Shown here piece after piece: positions 39,531 to 48,897 of a DNA stretch of 54,816 bases (position 1 is its first letter; every line of letters starts with the position of its first letter). The stretch is from Chloroflexota bacterium (GTDB taxonomy: Bacteria; Chloroflexota; Dehalococcoidia; JACQUD01): assembly GCA_016210485.1 (NCBI GenBank), contig JACQUD010000032.1, positions 1 to 54,816 on the forward strand, read 5' to 3'. A program made the position numbers and the translations under genes. The notes beneath the pieces were generated by a model that ran no database searches, was not told the DNA's origin, and worked only from the letters and a program-made list of their open reading frames with translations.

Positions 39531-41417
39531 TCAGGCTCGTAGAGAAGAGGCCTGAGCGATCTCCGGGAAGCTGGCCAGAGCCTGGTGGGCGATGCCGGAG
39601 GCGTCGATGCCGTAGAGGGAGCGCAGGAGGGTTTGGGGGCCATGCTCGATGAAGTCATCAGGAAGGGCCAGGGTTAACAAGCGAGCCTGGCTCTGGGCCG
39701 TAGCCAGAAGATGGGCCACCTGGCTGCCGAAACCCCCGCTCAGGGTGTTCTCCTCCACCGTCACCAACCGACTCGTCTCTTCGGCGGCCTGGAGGATGAG
39801 GTCTCTGTCCAGGGGCTTGGCGAAGCGGGCGTTGATGACCCGGGCCGAGACGCCTTGCTTCTCCAGCATCTGTGCCGCCTCGAGGGCCGGGTGGACGGAG
39901 TTGCCCAGGGCTATCAGGGTCAGGTTCCGGCCCTCGCGGAGCACTTCGCCTTTGCCTATGGGCAGCTCATTCAAAGATGGAGATAGGGGCACTCCCAGGC
40001 CACCCCCCCGAGGATAGCGCACCGCCATGGGCTGTCCACAGCGCAAAGCTGTGTAAAGCAGGTGGCGCAGCTCGTCCTCATCCTTAGGAGCAGCCACTAT
40101 CATATTGGGCACAGCGCAAAGATAAGAGATGTCGAAGGTGCCCTGGTGGGTCTTGCCGTCATCGCCTACTATGCCAGCTCGATCTATAGCGAAGGTGACG
40201 GGGAGGTTCTGGATGCAGACGTCATGGATGATCTGGTCATAGGCCCTTTGCAGAAAGGTGGAATACACAGCGACGATGGGTGTGAAGCCCTGGGAGGCCA
40301 GACCCGCGGCCATGGTAACGGCGTGCTGCTCACAGATTCCCACATCGAAGACACGGTCGGGATAGTGCTCCTTGGCCAGGGCCAGGCCGGTGCCATCCAG
40401 CATGGCGGCGGAGATGGCCACTGCCTTGGGGTTGTCCTGAAGGAGCTGGCAGACCGTCTGGCCGAAGACGCTGCTGTAGGATGGGGTGGAGTCCTTGGAT
40501 TCCTTCGGGGGTACGCCGTGATAGGCCACGGCATCCTCCTCTGCCGGCGGGTATCCCTCGCCCTTTTGGGTCAGCACATGGACCAGGACTGGCCCTCGAC
40601 CCCGCTCTCGCGCCCAGAGGAGAGCCCTCTCCAGTTGCGCCAAATCGTGGCCAGGGATGGGACCCAGATACTCGAAGCCCATCTCCCTCCAGAAAGTAGT
40701 CGGGGCCATCAGACCGAGGATGAAGTTCTTAAGGCGTTCCCCCAAAGCCCATATTCGAGCGCCCAGGGGCAGACGGCGGACCACGATCCAAGCGTCTCTT
40801 TTGGCCCTCCGATAGCCGGGGCTGGCCCGGACACGGCTAAGACGTTTAGCCAAAGCGCCCACGCTGGGCGATATGGCCATCCCATTATCGTTGAGGACCA
40901 CGGTGAGGCGAGTTCCCAGGTGTCCAGCGTGGTTCAGAGCTTCGAAGGCCATACCCCCGCCCAGAGCTCCATCGCCTATAATGGCCACTACATGGTAAGA
41001 CTCCCCTGAGAGATCTCGGGCCAAGGCCATACCCGTGGCCGCGGAAATGGATGTGGAAGCGTGGCCGGCGCCGAAGGCGTCGTGGCAACTCTCCTCCGGG
41101 CTGGTGTAGCCGGATAGCCCGCCATACTGCCGCAAGCTGGTAAACTTGTCCCTCCGGCCCGTTATGAGCTTGTGAGGATAGCTCTGGTGCCCCACATCCC
41201 AGACTATTTTATCGTTGGGGCTGTGAAAGACCCGGTGCAAGGCCAGGGTGAGCTCCACCACCCCCAAATTGGAGGCCAAATGTCCCCCATTCAGGCTTAC
41301 GGTGGCGATGAGCCTCTCCCGAATCTCCCCGGCCAGTTCTTCCAATTGGGGAAGGCTAAGGGTCTGGAGCTGCCCCGGCTCGTCGATGGTGTTCAAGATG
41401 TCTAGCTTGGTGCCCAT
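39531..41417 (-). CDS. dxs: 1-deoxy-D-xylulose-5-phosphate synthase
   Basis: GGHLASNLG, WDVGHQSYPHK, GDGA..G...EALN, NDN, DRAGIVGDDG.THQG; start 41417 or 41453. Confidence 0.96.
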   Translation of the reverse strand: MGTKLDILNTIDEPGQLQTLSLPQLEELAGEIRERLIATVSLNGGHLASNLGVVELTLALHRVFHSPNDKIVWDVGHQSYPHKLITGRRDKFTSLRQYGGLSGYTSPEESCHDAFGAGHASTSISAATGMALARDLSGESYHVVAIIGDGALGGGMAFEALNHAGHLGTRLTVVLNDNGMAISPSVGALAKRLSRVRASPGYRRAKRDAWIVVRRLPLGARIWALGERLKNFILGLMAPTTFWREMGFEYLGPIPGHDLAQLERALLWARERGRGPVLVHVLTQKGEGYPPAEEDAVAYHGVPPKESKDSTPSYSSVFGQTVCQLLQDNPKAVAISAAMLDGTGLALAKEHYPDRVFDVGICEQHAVTMAAGLASQGFTPIVAVYSTFLQRAYDQIIHDVCIQNLPVTFAIDRAGIVGDDGKTHQGTFDISYLCAVPNMIVAAPKDEDELRHLLYTALRCGQPMAVRYPRGGGLGVPLSPSLNELPIGKGEVLREGRNLTLIALGNSVHPALEAAQMLEKQGVSARVINARFAKPLDRDLILQAAEETSRLVTVEENTLSGGFGSQVAHLLATAQSQARLLTLALPDDFIEHGPQTLLRSLYGIDASGIAHQALASFPEIAQASSLRA

Positions 41418-41711
41418 ATGGATACCTCGTATACCGATGCTCCATTTTACCAATCGGGCAGCCCCTTTGTCAACCGAGCGCTATGAGATCGTTTACTAAA
41501 AACTCATTATCCCCCCCGCTCAGGTTACCCCCTTTCGGGCTGAGCCCCAGAACAAAACTATGACAGGTCATCTCCCCAAAAAGCCCCTGGGCCGATGGAT
41601 TTAGGAGCTTGAAATGCACCTCTACGCAACCTGCGGCCAAAAGATTGCGGGATAATCTAGCTTCGTCATATAATTGGCACAGTGTCCCTTCAGCGTTAAG
41701 GAGGTTAACCT

Positions 41712-42947
41712 GTGGACAATGTGGACAAGAAGAAGGTCTGGCTCATCATAGCGCTCCCTATCCTGGCAGCCATCCTGCTGATTTTAGCCGCCTGTGGCGC
41801 GAAGACCACCCCTACCCCAGTGGTAAAGACCGTCACCGTCGGTTGCGTTGGCCCCTTCTCCGGCTCCGCCGCCGCCTGGGGGGAGGGCCTCAAGCGAGGC
41901 TTAACCCAGTTCGCCGATGAGGTCAACGCCCGTGGGGGGATTGAGGTTAGCGATGCCCTCTATACAATTGACATCGAATGCTTCAACGGTGAGTTCACGT
42001 CCCAGGGCGGCGTGGCTGCCGGGAACCGCCTCATCCTGGAGAAAGGCGTCCAGTGGGTGGTGGGGCCGATTACCTCTCCGGAGTGTCTGGGTTGGCAGCA
42101 GGTGGCTGAGCCCCTCAAGGCCATCTCCATCATCCCCGTAGGCTGCTGGGGCAATGGTATCATCTCTCCGGAGCACCCGGGCACCTTCCGCCTGGGCCTA
42201 TCCTTCCGGGAGCAAGGGCCAGTCCATGCCGCCTGGGTGCAGCAGAACTTGCCCCAGGTGCAGACAGTGGCCTATGTAGCCCCGGACAACGCCACGGGGC
42301 GGGACTCCACCGCTCAAATGCGCACAGCCTTCGAGGCCGCCGGGCTCCAGACCGTGGACGCCCAGTTCTATCGCCCTGACGCCGTGGACTTCTACCCCAT
42401 CCTGACCAGGATGCTGAGATTAAAGCCGGACCTCATCTACGCCATCGTCATGCCGGACGCCGACCAGGGCCTGCTCTGGAAACAGGCCTGGGAGCTGGAC
42501 TACCAGGGCGCCAAGATGGGCTCCCTGGTGAACTTGCCCGAGGGGTTGAAAGCTTCCGATGGCCCCCAGCCCTGGGAGGGTGTCTATGTGCTGGGGGGCG
42601 TCCCTTACTGCAACCCCGGGGCATCCCTGCCCAGCGAGCTGGCGCTCTGCCAAACACTGAAAGAAAAGTATGGCGAGGAGCCCTCAATATATGCCTTCAC
42701 CGGCTATGCGGCGATGGAGATCATATCTAAGATATGGCAGGCGGTGGGCTCCGTGGACGACCTGCAGGCCGCCATAGATTGGTGGGAGGCGAATCCGAAC
42801 ATAGAGACCATCAGCGGGCTTCAGCGGCTGGGTGGCATGAGCCGCTACAGCATCCAGCGCGTAACCTTCGGGGATATCGGGGCTGTGGTGATCCAAAATG
42901 GCGAGGTAGTGCCCTTCTTCCGTGGCCCGGCAGCCTACGAGCCTTAG
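41712..42947 (+). CDS. ABC substrate-binding lipoprotein, LivJ/LivK-like, no permease adjacent
   Basis: SD AAGGAGG, lipobox LAAC, GPFSGSAAAWG, EVNARGGI, DFYPILT. Confidence 0.88.
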   Translation: MDNVDKKKVWLIIALPILAAILLILAACGAKTTPTPVVKTVTVGCVGPFSGSAAAWGEGLKRGLTQFADEVNARGGIEVSDALYTIDIECFNGEFTSQGGVAAGNRLILEKGVQWVVGPITSPECLGWQQVAEPLKAISIIPVGCWGNGIISPEHPGTFRLGLSFREQGPVHAAWVQQNLPQVQTVAYVAPDNATGRDSTAQMRTAFEAAGLQTVDAQFYRPDAVDFYPILTRMLRLKPDLIYAIVMPDADQGLLWKQAWELDYQGAKMGSLVNLPEGLKASDGPQPWEGVYVLGGVPYCNPGASLPSELALCQTLKEKYGEEPSIYAFTGYAAMEIISKIWQAVGSVDDLQAAIDWWEANPNIETISGLQRLGGMSRYSIQRVTFGDIGAVVIQNGEVVPFFRGPAAYEP

Positions 42948-43035
42948 CTTATCCCAAATGTGCTGAGGAGGGGCACGCCCCTTTATGTCCCCTATCCTTG
43001 ACACCCTGGCGTGCAGGGTTTAACTTTCAATTGCC

Positions 43036-43416
43036 ATGTCAGCCCTGGGGGCTTTGAAGGGATGGCTGAGGCGCTACGGCGGGGCCGTGGCCCTGGCCCT
43101 TGTGGCCCTGGCCATCGTCGCCGGGGGGATTGCCTTTCTCACCCGATTCCCGGATAGCCACCTGATGGCGATAGTAAACCCCACCTCGCCCCAGGAATCC
43201 ACCCTTACCCCTTCCAAAGCTGGGGTCAACATCAACACCGCCTCGGCCCGAGAGCTGGAGACCCTGCCCGACATCGGCCCGGTGCTGGCAGGTCGCATCG
43301 TCCAGTACCGAGATGAGCACGGCCCCTTCCAGCGCATCGAGGACATATTAGATGTGCAGGGCATAGGCCCAGCCACCTTTAATAAGCTCAAGGACTCCAT
43401 CACGGTAGGCCCCTAA
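43036..43416 (+). CDS. comEA: Competence DNA-binding protein
   Basis: N-terminal TM, VNINTAS..ELETLPDIGP.LA.RIV.YR..HGPF, VQGIG helix-hairpin-helix. Confidence 0.93.
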   Translation: MSALGALKGWLRRYGGAVALALVALAIVAGGIAFLTRFPDSHLMAIVNPTSPQESTLTPSKAGVNINTASARELETLPDIGPVLAGRIVQYRDEHGPFQRIEDILDVQGIGPATFNKLKDSITVGP

Positions 43417-45879
43417 GTGCGTCTCATCTATCTCAGCGTCGCCTGGCTCCTGGGCCTCATCCTGGGACAGTGGCTCCGCCTGCCCTGGCCCATTCTCATA
43501 GGTATGGCCATCCCCCTGCTCCTGGTCGGTCTGCCCCTGAGCCGGAGGTGGAAGCCCGGCCTGGCCGGAATTTATCTAGCCGTCCTGCTCTTCGGCCTGC
43601 TCCGCTTCTCGGCCCATGTCTCCGCAGTGGGTGAGAGCTCCCTCCAGCTCTACAACGACTCCCTACCGGTGACGGTGCGGGGCATGGTGGCTGACGACCC
43701 GGACCCCCGGGGTTGGGCCACCTACCTCCGCCTGGAAGCGAGGGAGATAAAAACGGGCAATGAGTGGCGAAAAGTAGAGGGCCAGGCCCTGGTCTACGCC
43801 CCGCCCTATCCGGCCTTCGAGATAAAACGGGATTACCCTTACTACCGCTACGGCGACCTCCTGGAGATGGAAGGGGAACTGGAGACCCCTCCCACCTTCC
43901 CCGATTTCGACTATCGAGACTACCTGGCCCGCCAGGGCATCGGCTTTCTCATCCGCCAGCCTCAGAGCGTAGTGCTTTTGCAAACGGGGCAGGGTCTCAA
44001 ACCCCTGGAATGGGTTTATTCCATGAGGCAGGCCCTGTCCCGCTCCCTGGCCCAGGCCCTCCCCGAGCCCCAGGCCGCCTTGGCCCAGGGCATCCTCCTG
44101 GGGCAGAGGAGCTCCATTCCGGACGCCACCTACAAAGATTTCATCCGGACCGGCACCATCCATATCGTGGCCATCTCGGGGCAGAACCTGACCATCGTCC
44201 TGGCGCTCCTGGCAGGAGCCATGGTCTGGGCATTGGGGAGGCATCGACCTTATTATTTCTTCCTGGCCCTGGCAGTGGTCTGGGGCTACAGCCTCCTGGT
44301 GGGGATGCCGCCCTCGGTGGTGCGCGCCGCCATCATGGGCAGCCTCTGGCTCCTGGCCGGTTTTTTGGGCAGGCCCGGCGCTGCGGGGACAGCCCTGGCC
44401 TTCTCCGCCGCCGTCATGGCTGGCCTCAACCCCTCCATCCTTAGAGATGCCTCCTTTCAGCTCAGCTTCGCCGCCATGGCCGGGATTGTTTACCTCTGTC
44501 CCCCAATTCAGACTGTTGGGGAACGGCTCTGGAAAGGGGAAGGCTCTCGTTGGAAGCCCTTGGTCCTCAACACATTTGCCGTAACCCTGGCCGCCACCCT
44601 GGCCACGGCCCCCATCATAGCCTATAGCTTCCATCGGGTCTCCCTGGTGGGGTTGCCCGCCACCTTCCTGGCCTTGCCCGCCCTACCGGGAATCATAATA
44701 ACGACGGCCCTCACCGCCGGGCTGGGGCTGGCCTCCCCCTGGGCCGGCCACCTGGCTAGCTGGGTAGCCTGGTTCTATCTCACCTGGCTGATCAAAGTGG
44801 CTGAGACATTCTCAGCGGTGCCTGGAGCATCCCTGGGCCTCTGGGTATCCCTCCCCGGCGTAGCCCTCTACTACGCTGCCCTGAGCGGCCTCACCTGGCT
44901 GGCGGGCAAGAGGCGTCTTCCCCACCTCGGCACGCTCTCTTGGGAATGGCTCACCCGGCTGCCCCTGGGCAGGATAGCCATAGCCCTCCTGCCCCTAGCT
45001 GCTCTGACCTGGATAGCCGTCTTCTCCCTGCCCGATGGCAAGACCCACGTCTACTTCCTGGACGTGGGCCAGGGGGATGCCGCCCTGGTTACCACGCCCT
45101 CTGGCCAGAACATCCTCATAGACGGAGGCCCCCGGGACAGCGGGCTGATGGAGGGTCTGGGGAAGCGGCTCCCCTTCTGGCGGCGCGACCTGGACCTGGT
45201 GGTGATAACTCACTATCATGAGGACCACGCCGGAGGCCTGGCGGAGGTGTTGCGTCGGTATCGGGTGGGCCAGGTCCTGGACGTGGGCTGGAGCGAGGCA
45301 GAAACCAGCTCCAGCTACTCCGAGGTTCTGAGCCTGGCCAAGGAGAAGGGCATCGCTCTCATACAGGCCCAGGCTGGGCAAGCGGTGGAGCTGGGGGATG
45401 GCCTGAGGCTGGAGGTGCTCCATCCCCCCGAGCCCCGGCTCAAAATCACCAACAGCTATGTGGACGATAACTCCACCGTCCTGCGCCTGGTGGCAGGAGA
45501 GGTGAGCTTTCTCTTCACCGGAGACCTGCAACAGGAAGGGGAGGCCTATCTGTTAGAAAAAGGCGTGAACCTGAGGAGCACTGTCCTCAAGGTGGCCCGC
45601 CACGGGTCTCGGACCTCCACCACACCAGCCTTTCTTCAGGCCGTGTCCCCTCAGGTGGCAGTCATCTCAGTGGGAGCCAACAACCCCTTCGGCCACCCCA
45701 GCCCCGAGGTGGTGGACAGGCTGAACGCCACAGTGATCGAGGGCAAGCTCTACCTCACGTGTCAGCAGGGAACGGTGGAGCTGATAACCGATGGCCAGAG
45801 GCTATGGGTCAAAACGGAGCGCCAGGCGTCATTTGCCTCTCCTTGTCCCGCAAAGCCCATTGCCGTCCCAGGGTTTTGA
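43417..45879 (+). CDS. comEC: DNA uptake channel ComEC/Rec2
   Basis: TGTIHIVAISGQN, PSVVRAAIM, FQLSF, DVGQGD, THYHEDH metallo-beta-lactamase domain. Confidence 0.95.
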   Translation: MRLIYLSVAWLLGLILGQWLRLPWPILIGMAIPLLLVGLPLSRRWKPGLAGIYLAVLLFGLLRFSAHVSAVGESSLQLYNDSLPVTVRGMVADDPDPRGWATYLRLEAREIKTGNEWRKVEGQALVYAPPYPAFEIKRDYPYYRYGDLLEMEGELETPPTFPDFDYRDYLARQGIGFLIRQPQSVVLLQTGQGLKPLEWVYSMRQALSRSLAQALPEPQAALAQGILLGQRSSIPDATYKDFIRTGTIHIVAISGQNLTIVLALLAGAMVWALGRHRPYYFFLALAVVWGYSLLVGMPPSVVRAAIMGSLWLLAGFLGRPGAAGTALAFSAAVMAGLNPSILRDASFQLSFAAMAGIVYLCPPIQTVGERLWKGEGSRWKPLVLNTFAVTLAATLATAPIIAYSFHRVSLVGLPATFLALPALPGIIITTALTAGLGLASPWAGHLASWVAWFYLTWLIKVAETFSAVPGASLGLWVSLPGVALYYAALSGLTWLAGKRRLPHLGTLSWEWLTRLPLGRIAIALLPLAALTWIAVFSLPDGKTHVYFLDVGQGDAALVTTPSGQNILIDGGPRDSGLMEGLGKRLPFWRRDLDLVVITHYHEDHAGGLAEVLRRYRVGQVLDVGWSEAETSSSYSEVLSLAKEKGIALIQAQAGQAVELGDGLRLEVLHPPEPRLKITNSYVDDNSTVLRLVAGEVSFLFTGDLQQEGEAYLLEKGVNLRSTVLKVARHGSRTSTTPAFLQAVSPQVAVISVGANNPFGHPSPEVVDRLNATVIEGKLYLTCQQGTVELITDGQRLWVKTERQASFASPCPAKPIAVPGF

Positions 45880-45897
45880 TGCTATACTGCCCAAGAT

Positions 45898-46644
45898 ATG
45901 TCGAGACGAAATGATGTGAGGCGCATCGACGGCCGGGCCCACAATGAGCTGAGGCCGGTGCGCATCGTCCCCGGCTACCAGACCTATCCGGAGGGCTCGG
46001 CCTTGATTGAGATGGGCCAGACCAGGGTACTCTGCGCCGCCAGCCTGGAGGAGCGGGTGCCCCCCTTCCTGAAGGGCCAGGGCACCGGGTGGGTGACCGC
46101 CGAATACTCCATGCTGCCTCGGTCCACCCTCACCCGCCACCCCCGAGAGGGCCGCGCCGGGCTAGGCGAGGGCCGGAGCCAGGAGATACAGCGTCTCATC
46201 GGGCGCTCCCTGCGCGCTGTGGTAGACCTATCTTCTCTGGGGGAGCGCACCGTCATCCTGGACTGCGATGTCCTTCAGGCCGATGGGGGAACCCGCACCG
46301 CGGCCATCACCGGGGCCTACGTAGCCCTGGCCCTAGCCCTGCGCACCTTGGAATCTCGGGGGGTGATCCGGGGCTCCCCCTTGAGAAGCGCAGTGGCCGC
46401 CGTGAGCACGGGCATCGTGGCCGGCCACTGCCTCCTGGACTTATGCTACGAAGAGGATTTCCGGGCCGCCGTGGATTTCAATGTGGTGATGACTCGGGAG
46501 GGCCAGTTCGTGGAGGTGCAGGGCACCGCCGAGGGCAGGCCTTTCACTAAGCAGACCCTGGACAACATCCTTGCCCTGGGAGAGAAGGGCATCCGAGAGC
46601 TGTTTGAGACTCAGGATGAGGCCCTGGCCAGCCTCAGGACGTAA
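45898..46644 (+). CDS. rph: Ribonuclease PH
   Basis: [45 protein letters not shown]. Confidence 0.96.
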   Translation: MSRRNDVRRIDGRAHNELRPVRIVPGYQTYPEGSALIEMGQTRVLCAASLEERVPPFLKGQGTGWVTAEYSMLPRSTLTRHPREGRAGLGEGRSQEIQRLIGRSLRAVVDLSSLGERTVILDCDVLQADGGTRTAAITGAYVALALALRTLESRGVIRGSPLRSAVAAVSTGIVAGHCLLDLCYEEDFRAAVDFNVVMTREGQFVEVQGTAEGRPFTKQTLDNILALGEKGIRELFETQDEALASLRT

Positions 46645-46651
46645 AGCCAGC

Positions 46652-47290
46652 TTAAAGCGCTTGCTCCGAGACCTCGGTGCGCAGCTTCCCCAGGTGGCAG
46701 GTATCGTTGAGGAGCAGCAGGCGGGGGGCTGTGGAGCCAAACTCCATCAGGCTCACCGAGGCGTTGTCCATCCTCACCTTCCAGAAGCCATCCAGGGACA
46801 TCCCCAGGGCGTCGGCCAGGAGCACCTTGAGCACAGCATCGTGGGTGCAGAGAAGGAGGGTATCCTGAGGATGAGCCTCCAGGAGACGCTTCAGCGCTGC
46901 GTCGCTCCGGAGGCGCACATCCTCCAGACTCTCGCCCCCGGGCATCTTCACCTGGGACGGGCTCTCCAGCCATAGCTGCAGCATAGGCCCGTAGCGCTTC
47001 TCCACCTCATCTTTGAGGAGGCCACTCCAGGCCCCGTGGTCGATCTCGATGAGGTCTGGCTCCACTTTGACATCCTGGCCCTGGGCCAGGGCGATGGCCA
47101 GGGCAGTGTGAAAGGCCCGGCGCAGCGGACTGGAGTATATGGCCGCCAGGGGCATCGCAGAGAACCGCTGGGCCACCAGGCCAGCCTGGCGTTCCCCCAT
47201 ATCGGAGAGCTCGGTGTCTATGCGTCCTTGATAGCGCCCGGTGGAGTTCCAGGTGCTCTCGGCATGGCGCACCAGGAAGAGGCGAGTCAC
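46652..47290 (-). CDS. pspA: Metal-independent phosphoserine phosphatase (histidine phosphatase family, PspA-like)
   Basis: LVRHAES.WN..GRYQG, EIDHG.WSG, LNDTCHL; directly downstream of serA. Confidence 0.82.
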   Translation of the reverse strand: MTRLFLVRHAESTWNSTGRYQGRIDTELSDMGERQAGLVAQRFSAMPLAAIYSSPLRRAFHTALAIALAQGQDVKVEPDLIEIDHGAWSGLLKDEVEKRYGPMLQLWLESPSQVKMPGGESLEDVRLRSDAALKRLLEAHPQDTLLLCTHDAVLKVLLADALGMSLDGFWKVRMDNASVSLMEFGSTAPRLLLLNDTCHLGKLRTEVSEQAL

Positions 47291-47301
47291 GACAAGTCTC
47301 C

Positions 47302-48882
47302 TTAGAGCTTGACTAGCCTGACGGCGTAGACGTCTGGGATGGCCAGGAGCTGCTTACGATGTTCTTCGCGAATAGGCCCGTCCAGACCCAGAACCATCAG
47401 GGCTCGGCCTCGGGGCTGGAGTCGCCCCACCTGCATAGAGCTGATATTGATATCGGCCTGGCCCAGTATATTTCCCACAGAGCCGATGAGCCCTGGCCGG
47501 TCCCGATGGTCGATGAACAGGAAGTAGCCTCCCGTAGGGACCACATCCATCCAGTAGTCGTTGAGCCGGACGATGTGAGTCTCTCCCCGCATCAAGGTGG
47601 CGGCAGCCAGGGACTTCCCCCGGCTGGCCTTCACCTCGGCGGTGAGGAGGGAGCTATAGTTTTCACAGGTGAGGTTGTGTTGTTCTGTAATTTTTAGCCC
47701 TCGGTGCGCCACCACGTGGTCAACATTGACCACATTCACTCGCTCATCGGTAACTGCCTCCAGGAGGCCGCTCAGAAGGGCAGCCTTGAGGGGGCGACTA
47801 TCGTGATTGGCTATCTCCCCCTCGTAAAGGATGGTAACCGCCTCCAGTTGCCCCTCCAGGAGCTGGTTGAGAAGGCGGCCTAGGTTAGCTGCTGCAGCGA
47901 TGTAAGGAAATAGCTGGGCATAGGCCTCGGGGGCGACCAGGGGCGCGTTCACCGCGTATCTGACGGGCTGTCCTCGGAGCACTGCCAGGACCTGTTCAGC
48001 GGTATCTACAGCCACGTTGGTCTGGGCCTCGGCGGTGGAGGCGCCCAGATGAGGGGTGACGATGATTTTGTCGCTGCCGAAGAGGGGGTTCTCGGTGGCC
48101 GGCTCCTGGGTGAAGACGTCAACTGCCGCCCCGGCCAGTCGTCCCTGGTCCACTGCCTGGCGCAGGGCCGCCTCGTCCACGATGCCACCTCGGGCGGCGT
48201 TGATGATATAGGCCGTAGGCTTGGCCAGGGACAGCTCCCGTGCCCCGATGAGGCCGTGGGTGGTAGAAGTGAGGGTAGTGTGGATGGTGATAAAATCGGA
48301 ACGTCTCACGAGGTCCTCCAGCGAGACCACCTCTGCCCCCAGGCGGGATGCCTGCTCCGCTGAGACGTATGGGTCGTAGACCAGGAGCTTCATCTCCATC
48401 CCCCGGGCCCTCTTGGCCACTTCGGAGCCTACTCGGCCCAACCCCACAATGCCCAGCACCTTCCCCCTCACCTCCACACCCATGTGCTCCTGACGCCGCC
48501 ATATCCCTTTCTGGAGCTGTTGATAGGCTTGGGGGATATGCCGGGCCACGGCTAGGAGGAGAGCCAAGGCGTGCTCGGCGGCGGAGATAGTGTTGCCCTC
48601 CGGGGCGTTGACCACGATGATGCCCCGGCGCGAGGCCGCCTCCACGTCGATATTGTCCACCCCCACCCCCGCCCTGCCTATGACCTGGAGCCTCTGTCCG
48701 GCCTCGATAACCTCCGCCGTCACCTTGGTCTCACTGCGCACCACCAGGGCATCGTAATCGCCGAGGCTGGCTATCAGCTTATCTTTAGGCAGCCCGAGAC
48801 GAACATCCACCTCGGCTCCGCCTTTCAGAATATCGATGCCCTCCTGGGCTATGGGATCGGTGACAAGAACTCTGAATGTCAT
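47302..48882 (-). CDS. serA: D-3-phosphoglycerate dehydrogenase with ASB and ACT domains
   Basis: RAGVGVDN, NTISAAEH, INAARGG, DVFTQEP, TPHLGAST.EAQ, DRPGLIG..G.ILG...INI. Confidence 0.96.
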   Translation of the reverse strand: MTFRVLVTDPIAQEGIDILKGGAEVDVRLGLPKDKLIASLGDYDALVVRSETKVTAEVIEAGQRLQVIGRAGVGVDNIDVEAASRRGIIVVNAPEGNTISAAEHALALLLAVARHIPQAYQQLQKGIWRRQEHMGVEVRGKVLGIVGLGRVGSEVAKRARGMEMKLLVYDPYVSAEQASRLGAEVVSLEDLVRRSDFITIHTTLTSTTHGLIGARELSLAKPTAYIINAARGGIVDEAALRQAVDQGRLAGAAVDVFTQEPATENPLFGSDKIIVTPHLGASTAEAQTNVAVDTAEQVLAVLRGQPVRYAVNAPLVAPEAYAQLFPYIAAAANLGRLLNQLLEGQLEAVTILYEGEIANHDSRPLKAALLSGLLEAVTDERVNVVNVDHVVAHRGLKITEQHNLTCENYSSLLTAEVKASRGKSLAAATLMRGETHIVRLNDYWMDVVPTGGYFLFIDHRDRPGLIGSVGNILGQADINISSMQVGRLQPRGRALMVLGLDGPIREEHRKQLLAIPDVYAVRLVKL

Positions 48883-48897
48883 AGGAGAATATCTATC

